Position numbers and translations under genes: made by a program. Under the pieces are notes generated by a model. That model ran no database searches. It had not been told where the DNA came from and saw nothing but the letters and a program-made list of their open reading frames with translations. A DNA stretch of 64,000 nt from Camelus ferus (Eukaryota), in the NCBI RefSeq assembly GCF_009834535.1, contig NC_045697.1, positions 106,456,001 to 106,520,000 on the forward strand. The letters run 5' to 3'. Below, one piece after another: positions 38,310-52,010 of the stretch; within the stretch, counting starts at the first letter, position 1, and the number at the start of each line of letters is the position of its first letter.

Positions 38310-41300
38310 TTTGTATCGGTTTCATTGAGATCCTATTTATATACACCTAAATTCAACATTTTTAATTGAACAGTATGATACATTTTGACAAACGCAGAGT
38401 CATATCACCACCCCAGTAATCATGATATAGAATATTTCCACCACCTTCCAAAGTTCCCATGTGCCCCTTTGCAGCCAACCCCTACTCCTGCTCTCTGGCC
38501 CTTCTCAACAACTAATTTGTTTTCTTTTTTATCACTATTGGTTTGCCTTTTCTGCAGTTTCATATATATGAAATTATACAGAATGTAGTATCCTGTGTGG
38601 TTAACTTCTTTCACTTAGCAAAATGATTTTGATATTCATGCTTATTGTTGTATGTCGATCATCTTTTCACGGGTTAATTCATATATCTTCTACAGTCAGA
38701 ATCTACCTACATTTATGGCATTGACATCTTCTTACTGATGACTTGTAAGAATTCTTTCCATATTTTAGAAATGAAGTCTTTGTTGGATATGTTTTTTTAC
38801 AACTATTTTCTCCTAGTCTGTGACATTTATTTATATTTTCATCAATATTTTCTGAGGAATAAAAGTTTTTAATTTTGATGATGTCCAGTTTATTGAATCT
38901 TCCCTTTAAAAAACCTTCCTGAAACTCAAAGTTGCTAGTATGTTCTCTCATGTTTGTCAAATGCTTTTTCTACAACTATTGAGATGATCATTTTGTGGCG
39001 AGGGGGTTCTCTTAATATGGTCAATTACATTGATTACTTTTTTTTAAGTGTTAAACCAACTGTACATTCCAGAGTAACCCAGCTGGTCATGAACTATTAT
39101 TCATTTTGTTGTATTAAGCTTTTATGTTGTTGCACTCAATTTACTAAAAGTTTTTAAAGAATTTTTGCATCTATGTTTATGATCTAATACAAGTTTATAC
39201 TAATCTGCAGTTTTCTTTGCATAGAATGTCCACCTGATTTTAACATCAGTGTAATGCTGGCCTAGAATGAGTTGGAAGTTTTTCCCCCTTTTTAATAATA
39301 TGGACAAGTTTATGTATAAATAGTATCATTTCTCCTTTAAAAGTTTGGTAGAATTCACATGGAAAGCCATGAGGGTCTGGAGTTTTCTTTGTGGGAAAGA
39401 TTTTCGTCTACAAGTTCAATTTCTTTAATAGAGATAGGGCTATTCAAGATATATAATTCTTCTCAAGTGCACTTGGTAGTCTGTGTGTTTCAAAAATTTT
39501 TCCAATTTCCCCTGAATTGTCAAATTTATGCTCATAAAGTTTCTCATGTTATTCTGTTATCCTTTAAATACATATAGGAATGGCAGTGGCATCACAGCTC
39601 TCATTCCTGATATTTTCATCTCTTCTCTTTTTTTCTGGATCAGCCTGGCTGGATGCTTATTAATTTTATTGATCTTCTCAAAGAACCAACTTTTAGTTTC
39701 ATTTATTTTCCTCCATTTTTTTCTGCTTTCTGTTACATTGATTTCTGCTCTAACCTTTAAAATTTATTTAATTATAGATTGAGTTATGTTTTCCTTTCAG
39801 TGCTTTGAAGGTATTGCTACACTGCTTTCTGGCTTGCATAATTATTCTTTTCTTTCCTTTATTCCTTGGATTGCTTTTGAGATTTTCTCCTTATCACAGG
39901 TTTTAAGTAATGTGCTGATGCTATGCATTAGTATAATTTTTCTTTGTTTTTCTTGATCTTGGGATTCATTGAACTTGATATCATGGATTTACAGTTTTTG
40001 TCAAAATTGGAAAAATGTGGCCATTATTTATTCAAATATTTTTGTGTCCTTTCCCTTATTCAGAGAAGCCCATTTCACTGACACTAGGCTGCTTAAAGTT
40101 GTCTGAAGCTCAGTAATGCTGTTTTTGTCTTTCTTGTTGGTGAGTTTCAGGGCAGAGTTTTGGGGAAAAGATAGTCTCTTTTTTCCTCTCTCTGTTTCAT
40201 CTTGGATAGTTTCTATTGCTGTGTCTTTTAGTTCACTAATTTTTTCTTTCGCAGATTCTAATCTGTCATATATTTCATGTAGTATATTTTTCAGACATTT
40301 TATATTTCATGCCTGGAAATTCAATTTGGTCTTTTTTTAATGTCTTTCATATCTCTACCTAGCAAGCTTAATCTTTAAGTAGCTTCTTGAATACATGCAA
40401 CATAGTTATAATAACTAGTTTAATGTGCTTACCTATTAACTCTATCATCTGTCCCATTTCTGAGTCAGTTTTGATTCATTGATTTTTTTCCTTATTATGG
40501 GTTATATTTTCCTGCTTCTTTGAATGCCTAGAAATTTTTCATTGGATTACAGACATTGTGAATTTTACCTTCTTGGATGCTATATATTTTTGTATGCCTT
40601 TAAATAAACATGAGTTTTGTTTAGAATGCAGTAGAATTAATGGGGAACTGATTCTTCAAGGTTTGTTTTTAAATTTTATTAGGCAGAACCATAATAGATA
40701 TCACTCAATGACAGTAGTTGGCAGATTATGGCTTATAGGACAAATCCAGCCCACAGGATGTTTTTGTATGACCCATGAGCTAAGAGTACTTTTTGATTTT
40801 TTTAAAGGATTGTAAAAGGAAGGAAAAAATACGGAGGAGGGAGAATCAACAGAAGTCGTATGTCAAACACCATGTCTAAAATATTTGCTATCTGACCTTT
40901 TGTAGAAAAAGTTTGTCAATCCCTGGTCTAGGGATAATCTTGCCCCCTTCTTGAGGCAATACCCTAATGAATTACAAGAATTGCAAGGTCCTCTATGCTG
41001 GCTGGTAAGAGCATGAACTGGCTGTACAATACGTGCAGGTTGTTTTCTCTGCTCCTTTTGGCTTGTTCTTTTCCTGGCCTTGCACAGTTTTCTCACATGC
41101 GTATTCTGATAGCACTCAGCTGAGGACTCAGGGGGCTCACTGAGTGTCTCTGGAGCTCTCTCTCTGTGCAGCTTTCTGTATTCCAGGACTCTGTTTTAGG
41201 AACTCTAGCCTTGTTGGCTTTCTCTGACTCTCAACTACATCTCAGCTCAAAGACTGCCGGACTCCTTCTCAATTCCCTCTTCCCAGAACTGCAGTTTAGA

Positions 41301-41440
41301 AATTCTCTCCAGACAATAAACTGGGTTAGTTGGGTTAATTGTAGTCTTATCATGCTTGCTTCCTGTCCCTCAGGGATCACTGTTCTGCACAGCCTCACGT
41401 CTAATGTCTGAAAATCATCGTTTCATATATTTTGTCCAGT
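38310..41440 (-). mobile_element. Mosaic of old antisense L1 fragments
   Basis: T-rich reverse L1 landmarks such as TTCTTTCACTTAGCA, TTTTTGCATCTATGTTTAT and TTGATCTTCTCAAAGAACCAACTTTT. Confidence 0.75.
40712..40925 (+). mobile_element. MER58B-like MITE inserted in L1
   Basis: CAGTAGTTGGCAGA..CAAATCCAGCCC..CCCATGAGCTAAGA..GAAAAAGTTTGTCAATCCCTG. Confidence 0.75.
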
Positions 41441-41692
41441 TACTCCATTGTAGCTATAAACGATAGTATCTATTGTTCTCTTTCAAATCTCTGGTTCTCC
41501 TTGTTGAAGAAATTCAGAGATTGCAAGACCAGTGCTTAAAGGAAAATGAATAGTTACCACTTTATTCTTTGTAACTACTTATCTGTGTGCCATTATTTTC
41601 TCAGTACTGTGCAATCAAAAACCAGCACTTAATGTGTTCCTGATAAACTGTAATTTTTATCTATAATGTCTAATTTTAAATTTTCTATTTGT

Positions 41693-42126
41693 CCTCATAG
41701 AAAAAGAGATCAGATTTGTGGTTACCAGAGGGGGTGTGGGGGGATGAAAGCAGTCAAAAGGTACTACAAACTTACAGTTATAAGATAAACAAAAAAAAAA
41801 AAAGAATAACTTGAAGGAAAGCCATTCCTTACCATGTGATTTATAAAAATAAATAAATAAATAAGTACTAGAGATGTAATGTGCATGTTAAATAGAATTA
41901 GCCCTGCTGTATGTTCTGCATGAAAGTTATTGAGAGAGTAAATCCCAAGAGTTTTCATCACAGAAAAAAATTTTTCTATTTCTTTAATTTTGTATCTGTA
42001 TAAGATGATGGATGTTGACTAAACTTATTATAGTAATCAATTCATGATATATGTAAATCAAATCATTATGCTGTACAGCTTATACAGTGCTGTATGTCAA
42101 TTATATCTCAATAAAAGAAGAAGAAA
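41693..42126 (+). mobile_element. 5'-truncated L1 3' end (L1MA-like)
   Basis: GAGATCAGATTTGTGGTTACCAGAGG...TGTATGTCAATTATATCTCAATAAAA. Confidence 0.85.
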
Positions 42127-45100
42127 TCAATAATAAATGAAATTTTGTCAATGTAGCCTCATCATTCTCACTAAATTCTTTTATAAGTAAACATCATAAA
42201 ATTTGAACTCAAAAAAGAACTGTATTCTAATAAAATAACTCATATATTGATACTCTTCGAAATCTCTTAAGTGAAAAGAAGGTCCTGATGTTTTAAAAAT
42301 GTTTGAAAACACTGATTAAGCAGAAATACTCTTAACATTTAGGAGTTAATACCTAAAAAGATTTCCAAGATACAAGGGGGAAAAACCCAGATTAGAGTTC
42401 GAGTCACTAAATGGATGAGAAACACTAAACTCCCACACCAAAAGGGAATATTACTGTAGCTCATTATTTTTCAGGTACAAAAATTCTTGCCCCTAGAACT
42501 GTAGTTAGGGTTGAAAAAGTTCTAGCTACCCACTATTTTAGCATATTTAATTATATGAAATGCAAAGCATTCTTTGCCAGTGTTTTGAAAATGTCTGAAT
42601 ATTCCTGATTCTTCGCAGGACATCACACATTTGGCCTCCTATTCCAATCTTTCCACCATTTTTTCAGGATATGCTTAGACTTACTATTTGGCAAAATTAA
42701 CATTTGTTCCATACTCTGTGTGGTCTTTCTATCCATCAACAGTGAAATGAACAACATGAAATTGCATCCAGAGATTGATTTACAGTGTCAATAAATTTGC
42801 TATCTCCAGGGAACTCCTGACTACAAAATCATTATCTAATTAAATTAAAGGGTGAAAGCACAAAAGGCTTCCTAATTCAGGTCACAATCAACCCAGCAAT
42901 GAAGACAGCAGTAGCAGTCCATTAACTATCACCCCAGGAAAAAAAAAAACTCTAAGGTCTGTGGCTTCTCTGATTAGATAGCCTTCAAGCTATTGTATGT
43001 ATTGTTGTGGGCTTATAATTTGTACCTCTTCACTATGAAAAAGATTTTATTTTGAAAACACCCATTGAAATGTGAATAATTAAATTTCCATATGAAAAAT
43101 TCATTTGAAAATAGTTTTATTGCCTAGCACAAAAGAAAGGCCATTTCCTCAGATATGGAAATTCTAAAAGCGGCATTTTGAAATGTTAGTTTAGAAATTT
43201 AAAATCTAAATCTTTAACTATGTACATGAACATCAATTTATATGCATTGTAGTCTCTAAGCATGAAGTGTATTTCCTAAGAAGCTCTATTTATGACTTAT
43301 TTTACATCATAAGATCTTACAAAGATATAATATATTATTCTGATAAAAATTATAAACACAATTTTCATAAGGAAATTCATAAAAGTCTAAGTAAGTATTC
43401 ACAAAGGAGAGAGAAAATGTAAAGTGAATTAATGTATTTAAAGAGAGGACTTAAAATTATAATTTATTTAAAACTTACACAGAGTGAGTCTAATTCTTTG
43501 AGGAATTTTTATTTTAAAACTTTGCTACTACCTTCTGATGAAGCAAAGCAATGCAAAGCCAAGGAAATAACAGTACTGTTAGGAACAATACAGATTTTTA
43601 TTAGCATGCACTAACAATGGTGGGTTTTTTTTAAACTTTCAATATACATCAAGATGATAAACAGTCTGCTTATTGAAAGTTGCCAAACAAATTTTGCTAT
43701 GATATTTAGTTCTCAAAATTCTCTAGAGACATCAAGCAAAGGAAATTTTTGAAAATTAAGCACAACGCTTAGAACCATTTATGATGTATCATTTTTGGCC
43801 CTTAAAAATAAAAGGGAAAGTGAGTATAGAATGAATTTGCCAGTTGTGCTAGAAGAATCTGGCAAAATAATCCTCCATACGGGTTATCACCAGTAGTTGC
43901 CTGGGACATCTATATTTTCAGGAGAAAGCTTCTAAAAAGCATACATGCATATGCTACATTTCTATAGTTGAATAGCTTCTAGCAACCAATTTTGTGTAAG
44001 AGGTTTAACATCTCTATGTTTGTTCATTTGTGATGTGAAAAGCATATAGCCCAGTTCCAAGTGGAATGGAGGATATTTAAATGCTTTGGAAGGATTTGCC
44101 TGGCAATAATTTTTAACATTTTGGAAAAGAGGAATTACAGATTCCAGCTATCTTCCCCAGGATCATCATCATCACAAATCACTCATGAGAAGTACCTAAA
44201 CCTGTGCCTACACAAAAGAGACGCTCCATAAATAGAATTTCCTCCCTCCCCGTTTTCCCTCACCCCGACCCCTTCCCTATCACATGCAGTGCAGTAGTTT
44301 CCCTGCCGGCCAGTGATGGAGAAGAATGGGGGAGAGGTCAAGCCACTGTCTTCTGTGTGAGCAGTTCTATATCTATCTGCCGTACATATGGGCATCCAGT
44401 TAAGAATTTGTTTGAATAAAGGGTTCTAATTGCACTACTGGGAGAAAAAGATGATCTCTGTCCTTTAGAAATGAAATTCTGTCCCAAGCTTTCTTTTTCC
44501 AGGGTGATTGCACGTCCTCCCACAGTTTCAACTATCCCTTATGCCGTGATGCCCATATTTCTATTTCAAGCCCTTCATCTCCAGTACCCAGTCACAAAAG
44601 CCTGTGAACCCCCAAATATCTCTTACTCCTCTCTATTCTCACTCCCACTCCACCCTACTCCTACCTCCAATGCTTCAGCTCAGGTCCAGATTATTGTGTG
44701 TGTTTGTGGATTAGTGGAATAGAATAGAATAGAACAGTTCACTACAGCAGTGATATGTGGGCGACCCTGGGAGGAGGAGTCCTGGGAGGCAGCCGTCCAA
44801 ACAGGAAGTGATGAAGACAAGGATTAGAGGGTGGTAATGGGAAGGAAAGAGTGAGTGTGAAAAACATTACACAAGAAGATTCAAAAGATCTGTTAATTGA
44901 CTAATCACGAGGGGAGGAAAGCAAGCAAAGAGTCAAAGTGACTCTAATATTTCCAGGCTAAGTAAATTGGAAAATGCCTACTGAGAACAGGTGGCAAAAA
45001 AATAGTAGGAGTCCTTTAAAAAGATGCAGGAAATTGACTTGAAAGTAGGAGAACCAGAACTTCTCAGCACTAAGAATTAAAATAGTAATAAATATTATAA

Positions 45101-47124
45101 AGTATACATTATATGATTTATAATTCTATTTATTATTGGCACTAATTTTGTTAATCATTTTAATATTATTTTTCCTACAAAGAAATACAAGACCATGAGG
45201 AATGATCAATAACATGAAAAGACGTGAACTTTAAAAAGACATGAATACAGAGAAATACTCACTTGGATTTGCCAGCGAGGAGACTGTCAGTGACTCAGAG
45301 AGCAGAGTGAGGATGTAAGCCAGTCTACAAGGAACTGACAACATGAGTGGGTGATGAAAATTGCAGGAAGTAACAGATTTTAAGTATGGCAGAGAAAGGA
45401 GGCTTGGGAAAGGAAAATATTAGGATAAGATGGCTGCTTAAAGGGATTATGAGCCTTGTAAAGTTTGTAACTTTTTAGAACAGAGTTAATAGAAAAGAAT
45501 CTTGCATTTTATCAAGCAGGAAAATTTGCTTCCAGTGTTTCCTTTATAAATAAGTCACAATACGAGAGAGCAGGCTCCCATATCAAAGAAGATATGTACA
45601 GAAATCTGTACTGTTCTGATATCCATCATATCCCAGCTACTTGTACCTTTTGGATATCTGATTCTGAGTCACTCACTGGCCAAGAGGGCAAGGGCAGGGA
45701 TATTGCAAAGATATCTATCACCTTACAAAACAACACAAATGATGTCACAGGTCTGCCAACTTTTAAGGTAATTTTTCCTTCAGACTTTCAATTTAACCTT
45801 TTAACATCTTTTTCAAAAAGTAGATTCTGTACGAAGTTATTTGATGACACAAAACATTGAGATTATAGCATCCACCAGATAATCTATATTAAGTCAAATG
45901 TCAGCACGAATTTTAATCACTAACATGGCCAGATGACAGATAGCATGTCTGATATTCCGCATTTATGAACTTACTTCCTGAAATAAATTCACACCCTCAA
46001 GTTCAGCAGAACTGAAAATGAAATTAGAATAAAGGATAAAAATCCCAAATGCATACAGTTTACTGACTGGCCTTCACCATTTCATAAATAGACGGTGCTT
46101 GAAACCTGCCCTTCAGTTCATAATCACAGCCTGCCAAAAGCTTCTAAAAGGAAGTAGGAAGGAATGGGGGAGTGAATTTGTGACCTGAGGAGGAGATACT
46201 GTATTTTTGGAAAATTCCATTTAAATAACTCAGTTGTAACAAATCCCCTTCCCAGATCCCCATTCTAGGAAACTGAAAAGCAGTAATTAGAACGGGTGGG
46301 CTGAGAAAGTCAACTAGACACAGATTGACAGATAGGCCTACCACAAGAGGCATCCCATGAACTTCATTATTCCAACAATATTGTCTTTATTTACCTACTA
46401 AAGTGGGTATATTGTGTTCAGCAAAGCTTTTCAATAAGCTGAAACATGCTGCTAAAAGAATAGCCCACCACCACCAAGAACTGCTCTTTTAAAGATACAA
46501 AAACCAGTGTGGCAATTATTTCTGTAATCCCCACGGAAAACAGTGAAATAGCTTTCTTCGTGAGCCTTGCAAATCACCACCATAGCAACTTCACATGTGC
46601 AGTCCCCTGTGGGTCGCCTGCCTCTCAGAATGAGGCCAGGAACTAGGGAATTCAAGCTCTTGTATCAGAACAAGAGGATAAAGTGGACATACAATAGTTT
46701 TGTAGCAAAGTTAAATTTCGGAAATTCTAACAGCAAATCACATGTAATAATCACACATGATGTCCCTGCATCTTGTTATACTGTTCATATGAGTGTTCTT
46801 AGAATTCACAGGCCTGTTCTATATCCCCACAAAGATCAAAGAGACTCACTGATTAAAAATGGTCAGTTGCAAGAGTGTTCGTGTATGTGTATGTGTTTTA
46901 TTTGGGATTTCTTTTTTTTTTTTTTTTTTTCTGATTCTGAACTGAAAGAGAATTTTCAAAAGAAAAGTATTCTGTGCTATTAACAGCCACTGAATGAGGC
47001 TAACGCTGGTTATGGAAAAGTACCATTTCCAACAGTCTGCTACCAATCTGTAACACATACCCTGAATAAATCAAAAAACACCGATGAATTATGTGAAAAT
47101 GTAGAAATGGGTACCTTGTGATTA

Positions 47125-47430
47125 AGCATGTGCCATTGAAGGGTCTTCATTTTCTCATATGTCAAATGAACAGACTGAACTAGACAGGTTCCAATCCTGG
47201 CTCTATCACCTAATTTCTATAATTATGAACAAATTACTTAACTTCTCTTTGCCTCAATTTCCTGACCTGTAAAACGAACAGTGATAACAGCGCACACCTC
47301 AAGAAATGAATTAATACATGAAAGCAGATAAAATCGTACCTGCCTGGTAGTAACTGTTCAATAAACATTCTCCATGGTTGTCAAGAGAAGACGCTAAGGT
47401 GCCTTCCAGCTCTTTGGCCTGTGATGGATT
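47125..47430 (+). mobile_element. MIR fragments, probably one nested in another
   Basis: AATCCTGGCTCT..AAATTACTTAACTTCTCTTTGCCTCAATTTCC..CTGTAAAA, flanked by a MIR 3'-type segment CTAAGGTGCCTTCCAGCTCT. Confidence 0.65.
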
Positions 47431-47929
47431 GTGCACATGTTGGCTTCCCTTAAGAATTAAATATCACAGCCAAAAAAGGAAATAATTCTGATGAAATATT
47501 GTTTACAAAGTATTTGGTGCCATCCTATTGGGAAGACCAAATAAATTAGAGTGTTCATAAGATATTTTTTTGATCAGTATCTTCTGAGCACAATAATTGG
47601 GCCTTAAAAAAAATCAAATGTTATTTCCAGAATAAAAATGAAGTAGTCAGAGCCATTATTGGGGATCCCTTTCCTTCCTGATTATTGTATCCTTTGGTGG
47701 TTCCTATCTCTCTTCTGAGTGCCCATAACTGTGAAACTACCAGAGTGATTTAAAAGAGTATAAAATGGGTAGGTCCTACAAATAATTATTAAAGAAGAGG
47801 TCTTTGTTAAGAATATTTACAGGGGCATTACGGTGAAGAACTTAGAACTTGAGCTTCTTTTGAAGGGTCCCAACACTTTGGGGGAAAAAATAAAAACATT
47901 TTTTATGCATTTCAAATGCATAACTCACA

Positions 47930-49100
47930 CATTAATTTACCGAATAAATATCTAATAAAGATGTTAAGCACTGTTGTAGAAACCTGTAAACATACAGTCC
48001 CTTCCCTTCAGGAGTTTGTAGTTTTGTAGGAATACAGTCATATAAACCAACAATTACAATACAGCACAACAGGAGAAATATTAAAAGTGTAAGAGGTCCA
48101 ATGGGAGCATGAAAGAAAGAGGACCAGGGTCTGCCTGGAAGGGCCAATCAAAAATTTACAAAGGGAAAAGAATGGAAATTTTTTCTCAGCCTGGGAAGGA
48201 TCAGAGGGCACTCCAGGCAAAAGGAATGGCATTTGCCCAAACCTGGGGGCATAAAAGAGCCTGTTTGATATGCTGCAAAAAAAGATTGATATTGCTAAAG
48301 GATGAAATATAGATGGAGAGAGAAAACTGGAGTGAGTGATAGGAAACAGACCAATCATGCATGGCTAGAGAATTCAGACTTTATTCTACAGGTGCTACAT
48401 GAAGAATCATGACAAATGAAACCAATAATAACTGATTCCAAGTTTGGAAAGGTCACTCGAGCCACAAAACAAAGCCTGGCTCAGAGGAGAGGCAGAGCAA
48501 GAACCCCAGACTGGAGACAGTGAGTGCTTAAAATAAAGCAGGAGTCTTCGTAAGTAGAAATGAAGGAATGCTGAAACACATATTTAGGAATTTGATCATT
48601 GATTAGATGTAGGCATGAGAAAGAAGAAGGAAACAAGAATAACTGCAAAGTTTCTATCTTGATTAAAACAGGTGAAAGATGAAGGGAGGAAGAGAAGGTT
48701 CGTGACTTTGGGTGAGGACACGTGAGTTGTCTGTGGAATTTCCAGGTGCAGACGTTGGATCTGGAGGTCTGGAGAGAGATTTGAGCTAAAGGTAGAGATT
48801 TGGATGTGATGAGGATAGAAATGATGGGCATGAACGAGTTTGCCCAGCTAGAGTGTGGAGATGAAAAAAGAAGGGACCTAAAAGAAGGCAGCAGAATTCC
48901 TAGGGAGAGGCTCAAAGTCATGGAGACCAGACAGAGGAGCGAATGTTCGCCAGTACCAAGTGTCGCTGCCAGGATGTGAAAAAGCACAGGGGAAAAATAA
49001 ATGTCTACCAGATGTGATAAATTAAGGAGCCATAAGTGAGTCTGAGGGAAGTGGAGAGGGGAAGAAGTTGGGTCTTGTGGGTTGAGGATTAAATAAAGCA
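47930..49100 (-). mobile_element. L2 LINE remnant
   Basis: Purine-rich reverse L2 pattern, e.g. GGAGGTCTGGAGAGAGATTTGAGCTAAAGGTAGAGATTTGG. Confidence 0.7.
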
Positions 49101-50679
49101 AGTGAGAGGAAGCAGACCCAGCTCTCTCTAGACTAACACCCATGCAGCTCATCTTATTTTATAGACGTTGCAAACACAGTCACACTTCCAGCTCACTTGT
49201 TAAAACCACGCCAGTCCCGAGTAGATGTTTATGGTAAGTTACAATCTACATGATATGATATTAAAGATGCCCGGGGGCTCCCTTTTTCCCGGAAAAGACC
49301 TTTCACCAATTGACTGATTCCTGAAAATCTGACAAAAGACAAAGCCAGTCTTGCAGACAATAATTAAAAATAAAATTTTACACGTAAATTCCTTTAGGAG
49401 AGGTAAAACATGGACAAATTCTATTTAAGCTGGAAATTACCCTGACCTGACTCTTTTCTAAGAAGCAGGGCAAGCTGCCAGAAAGAATCTGAGAGAGCCC
49501 TGGAAAAGGAGACAAAAAGAAGGGCCTGAAAGTACTGAAAACAACATTTTACCTGGTCTGAAATTTTATTTAGAGTTACTCCCATGACCTGTGGTTTTAG
49601 AGGTCACATTATCATAAACACAAGGAGGCAGATCCATAACCATTGGGAGAATTATTTCCTTCGGTTGCAAGAGGAAAGAATTATCCTGATTAATAATTTC
49701 ACATTGTCTAAACTTTAGACAGCTTTAAATAAAAAGTCTGCCCTTATTCTCCAACCCACATATTCATTTTCAGCTTCTGTCTAATAATCTTGACACATTT
49801 CATTTGGTTTTACAGGTTTTTAAAAAAATATTTCTTTAGCATTACTTAATTTTTTAATTGCCAAGAAAGGTTTTTAAAATCTATTATGGGTATTATGATA
49901 TGGAACTATTAAGTTGGAGCATATATACTGACTTTCAGGTATTTTTGAAGCCTGTCATAAAGTCTTAACTTTTAAAAATACTCTACTACTTTCATGAGCC
50001 TTCTAAAAAAAAAAAAAAAAAAAAAACACTCATCAGAGCAATTTAGAAAGAAATATGGCATTAAAACGAGGTAAATTTTCCATATGTTATACTGTGACTT
50101 AGTTGGGCCCTCCCATTAAATCGAAATCTGTCTTCCAACCAGTGTGAAGTAGTCATGATTTATTTGAGCCTGATAGTAAAGGTCTATTAAAACAATAACT
50201 TGGACATAGTCTTCATAGCTAACATGTCACTCATTGAAGAGATCAGGGCAGGAATTCCACAGAAGGCTGTATGTCTATCCGTGTCAAGGAAATGAGCAAC
50301 CAAAGGGACTAAAGAAGTTGAACTCCTCATATATGGATAACCCCATTCTCAGAGGGTCTCTAGGAGACAGGAAAGACGTGGAAACTGCCTGTTGGAGGTG
50401 GGGGGGATCTCAAAGCCTGTGCCTGATACAGTCCTGGACCATCATCATGGACCAGCTCTGCGTTTAACAAAGGAAATGTTTGTGGTTGGATAAGGGAAAC
50501 AAAAGAGCAATATTTAATTCTTTAAAATAACACACAGCAGCGTTGCTTTACAATACCCCTTGCTGATAAACGGATTTTGACATTCTAAGGATGAAATTCA
50601 CCTTCCCCATGGGTTTTCCCTAAGATTACGTCTACCGAACTCTCTCAACAGCCCTTTAAATTGGGTAAAGCTTTATAGG

Positions 50680-52010
50680 TACTTGAATCCAGCAATGACT
50701 TTCACCAGCCATTTCACTTTTTCTATTGCTAGACACCTATGTCATCACCAAACTTCTCAAAGGCAAGTTCTATCCTATTTCCTCTCAGTACAAAGACAGT
50801 CCTCAATTCATTGCCTCAGCACTCCCCTGAAACTGCTCTAGTTAAAACAACCAGTCATACAGAAAAACAAAAACAGCCTCCTTCCAATCACTGATCCAAT
50901 GCTCTGTTTTCTGTCTTGGCCTCTCTGGAACTTACGCAGCATTTATTGCTCTTAACCATCTCTTCCAGTGCTTTCCAGAGCCCCATTCGCTCCTGCTTCT
51001 CATCCTCTGTCTCTGACCACTTTTCTCTCCTACTTCCTGAATGACCTCTACCTCTGCTCCTAAAGGTTCCCATGATTGCATATGAGATCCAAGTTTCCAT
51101 TTACTCCCTCCCCTGCCTTTCTGACCCCAGGGAGCATCCACAGGCCTGAGAGTTTTAAATCTTCATCCCCAGCCCCAGTCTCTCCCAAGATCCAGACACA
51201 CATTCACCTTTACATTCCACAGATTCTTTTCAGACACCATGACCAAACCTTATTTTAGGTTTGCCTTACCCAATCCCATTTTAAAACCCATCTTTCCTAT
51301 GTTTCCTATTTCAATGAATGGTGATACTCCAAGTGTAAAAACCTGGGACTATTCTGGGCTTCCTCTTTCTTTCACCCCTGACCACCAAAATGAGTCACCA
51401 AAACTCCGTTCTATCGTAGAAATGCTTCACAAATCAAATCTCTTTCCTATAGCATTGCCTCTGCCCTTAGACCAACCACGCCTTCCTTAGTGAATGGATT
51501 GATGAAAGAACCTCTCACCTAGTCTCTGGCCAGCAATTTCTCCTCATCCTGCAAGCATTCACACACTGGATCTTAAAAGCAACTGGTGACCCTGTCACTT
51601 CCCAATGTAAAGATTTCCATTGCTCCACCTCGGCTGCTTTCAGATGAAGTTCAAGCTCCTTAAACAGACATACAAGTCCCTCAGAGTCTGGCCCAGTCTG
51701 CTTCTCCAGTCCTAGATATTGTAGCTCTTCTCGCAAAGCATGTACTACGTGTAGTCATGTAGGACTTCTCATTTACTCTGAAATCTGACATTAATTCCCT
51801 CATTGATGCCTGACCCCTTTGGAACACTCCCCTCCCCATTTATTCTCAATCTGTTAGCTCTTCTTTGAGCTAAAGGTCCATCCTTAGATTCCTTGAGTTT
51901 CAGCCTCAACATTTCCTCATCTCTCTTGCCTTCCTGTTCTTCTTACTCATCCTACAAAACGCAAGTCTGGATCAATCCAAATATATGAATTCTTCACTCC
52001 TACTCCCTGG
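50680..52010 (+). mobile_element. L2 LINE remnant with a decayed reverse-transcriptase segment
   Basis: CCTGAAACTGCTCTAGTTAAAACAACC translates PETALVKTT (compare L2/CR1 TETALxKV), followed by a decayed DLSAAF-like segment and pyrimidine-rich L2 3' sequence. Confidence 0.7.

Noticed and set aside
48481..49152. 223-aa minus-strand ORF
   Set aside because: It lies in a decayed L2 remnant, has Leu/Ser-rich composition from pyrimidine bias and shows no recognisable domain.
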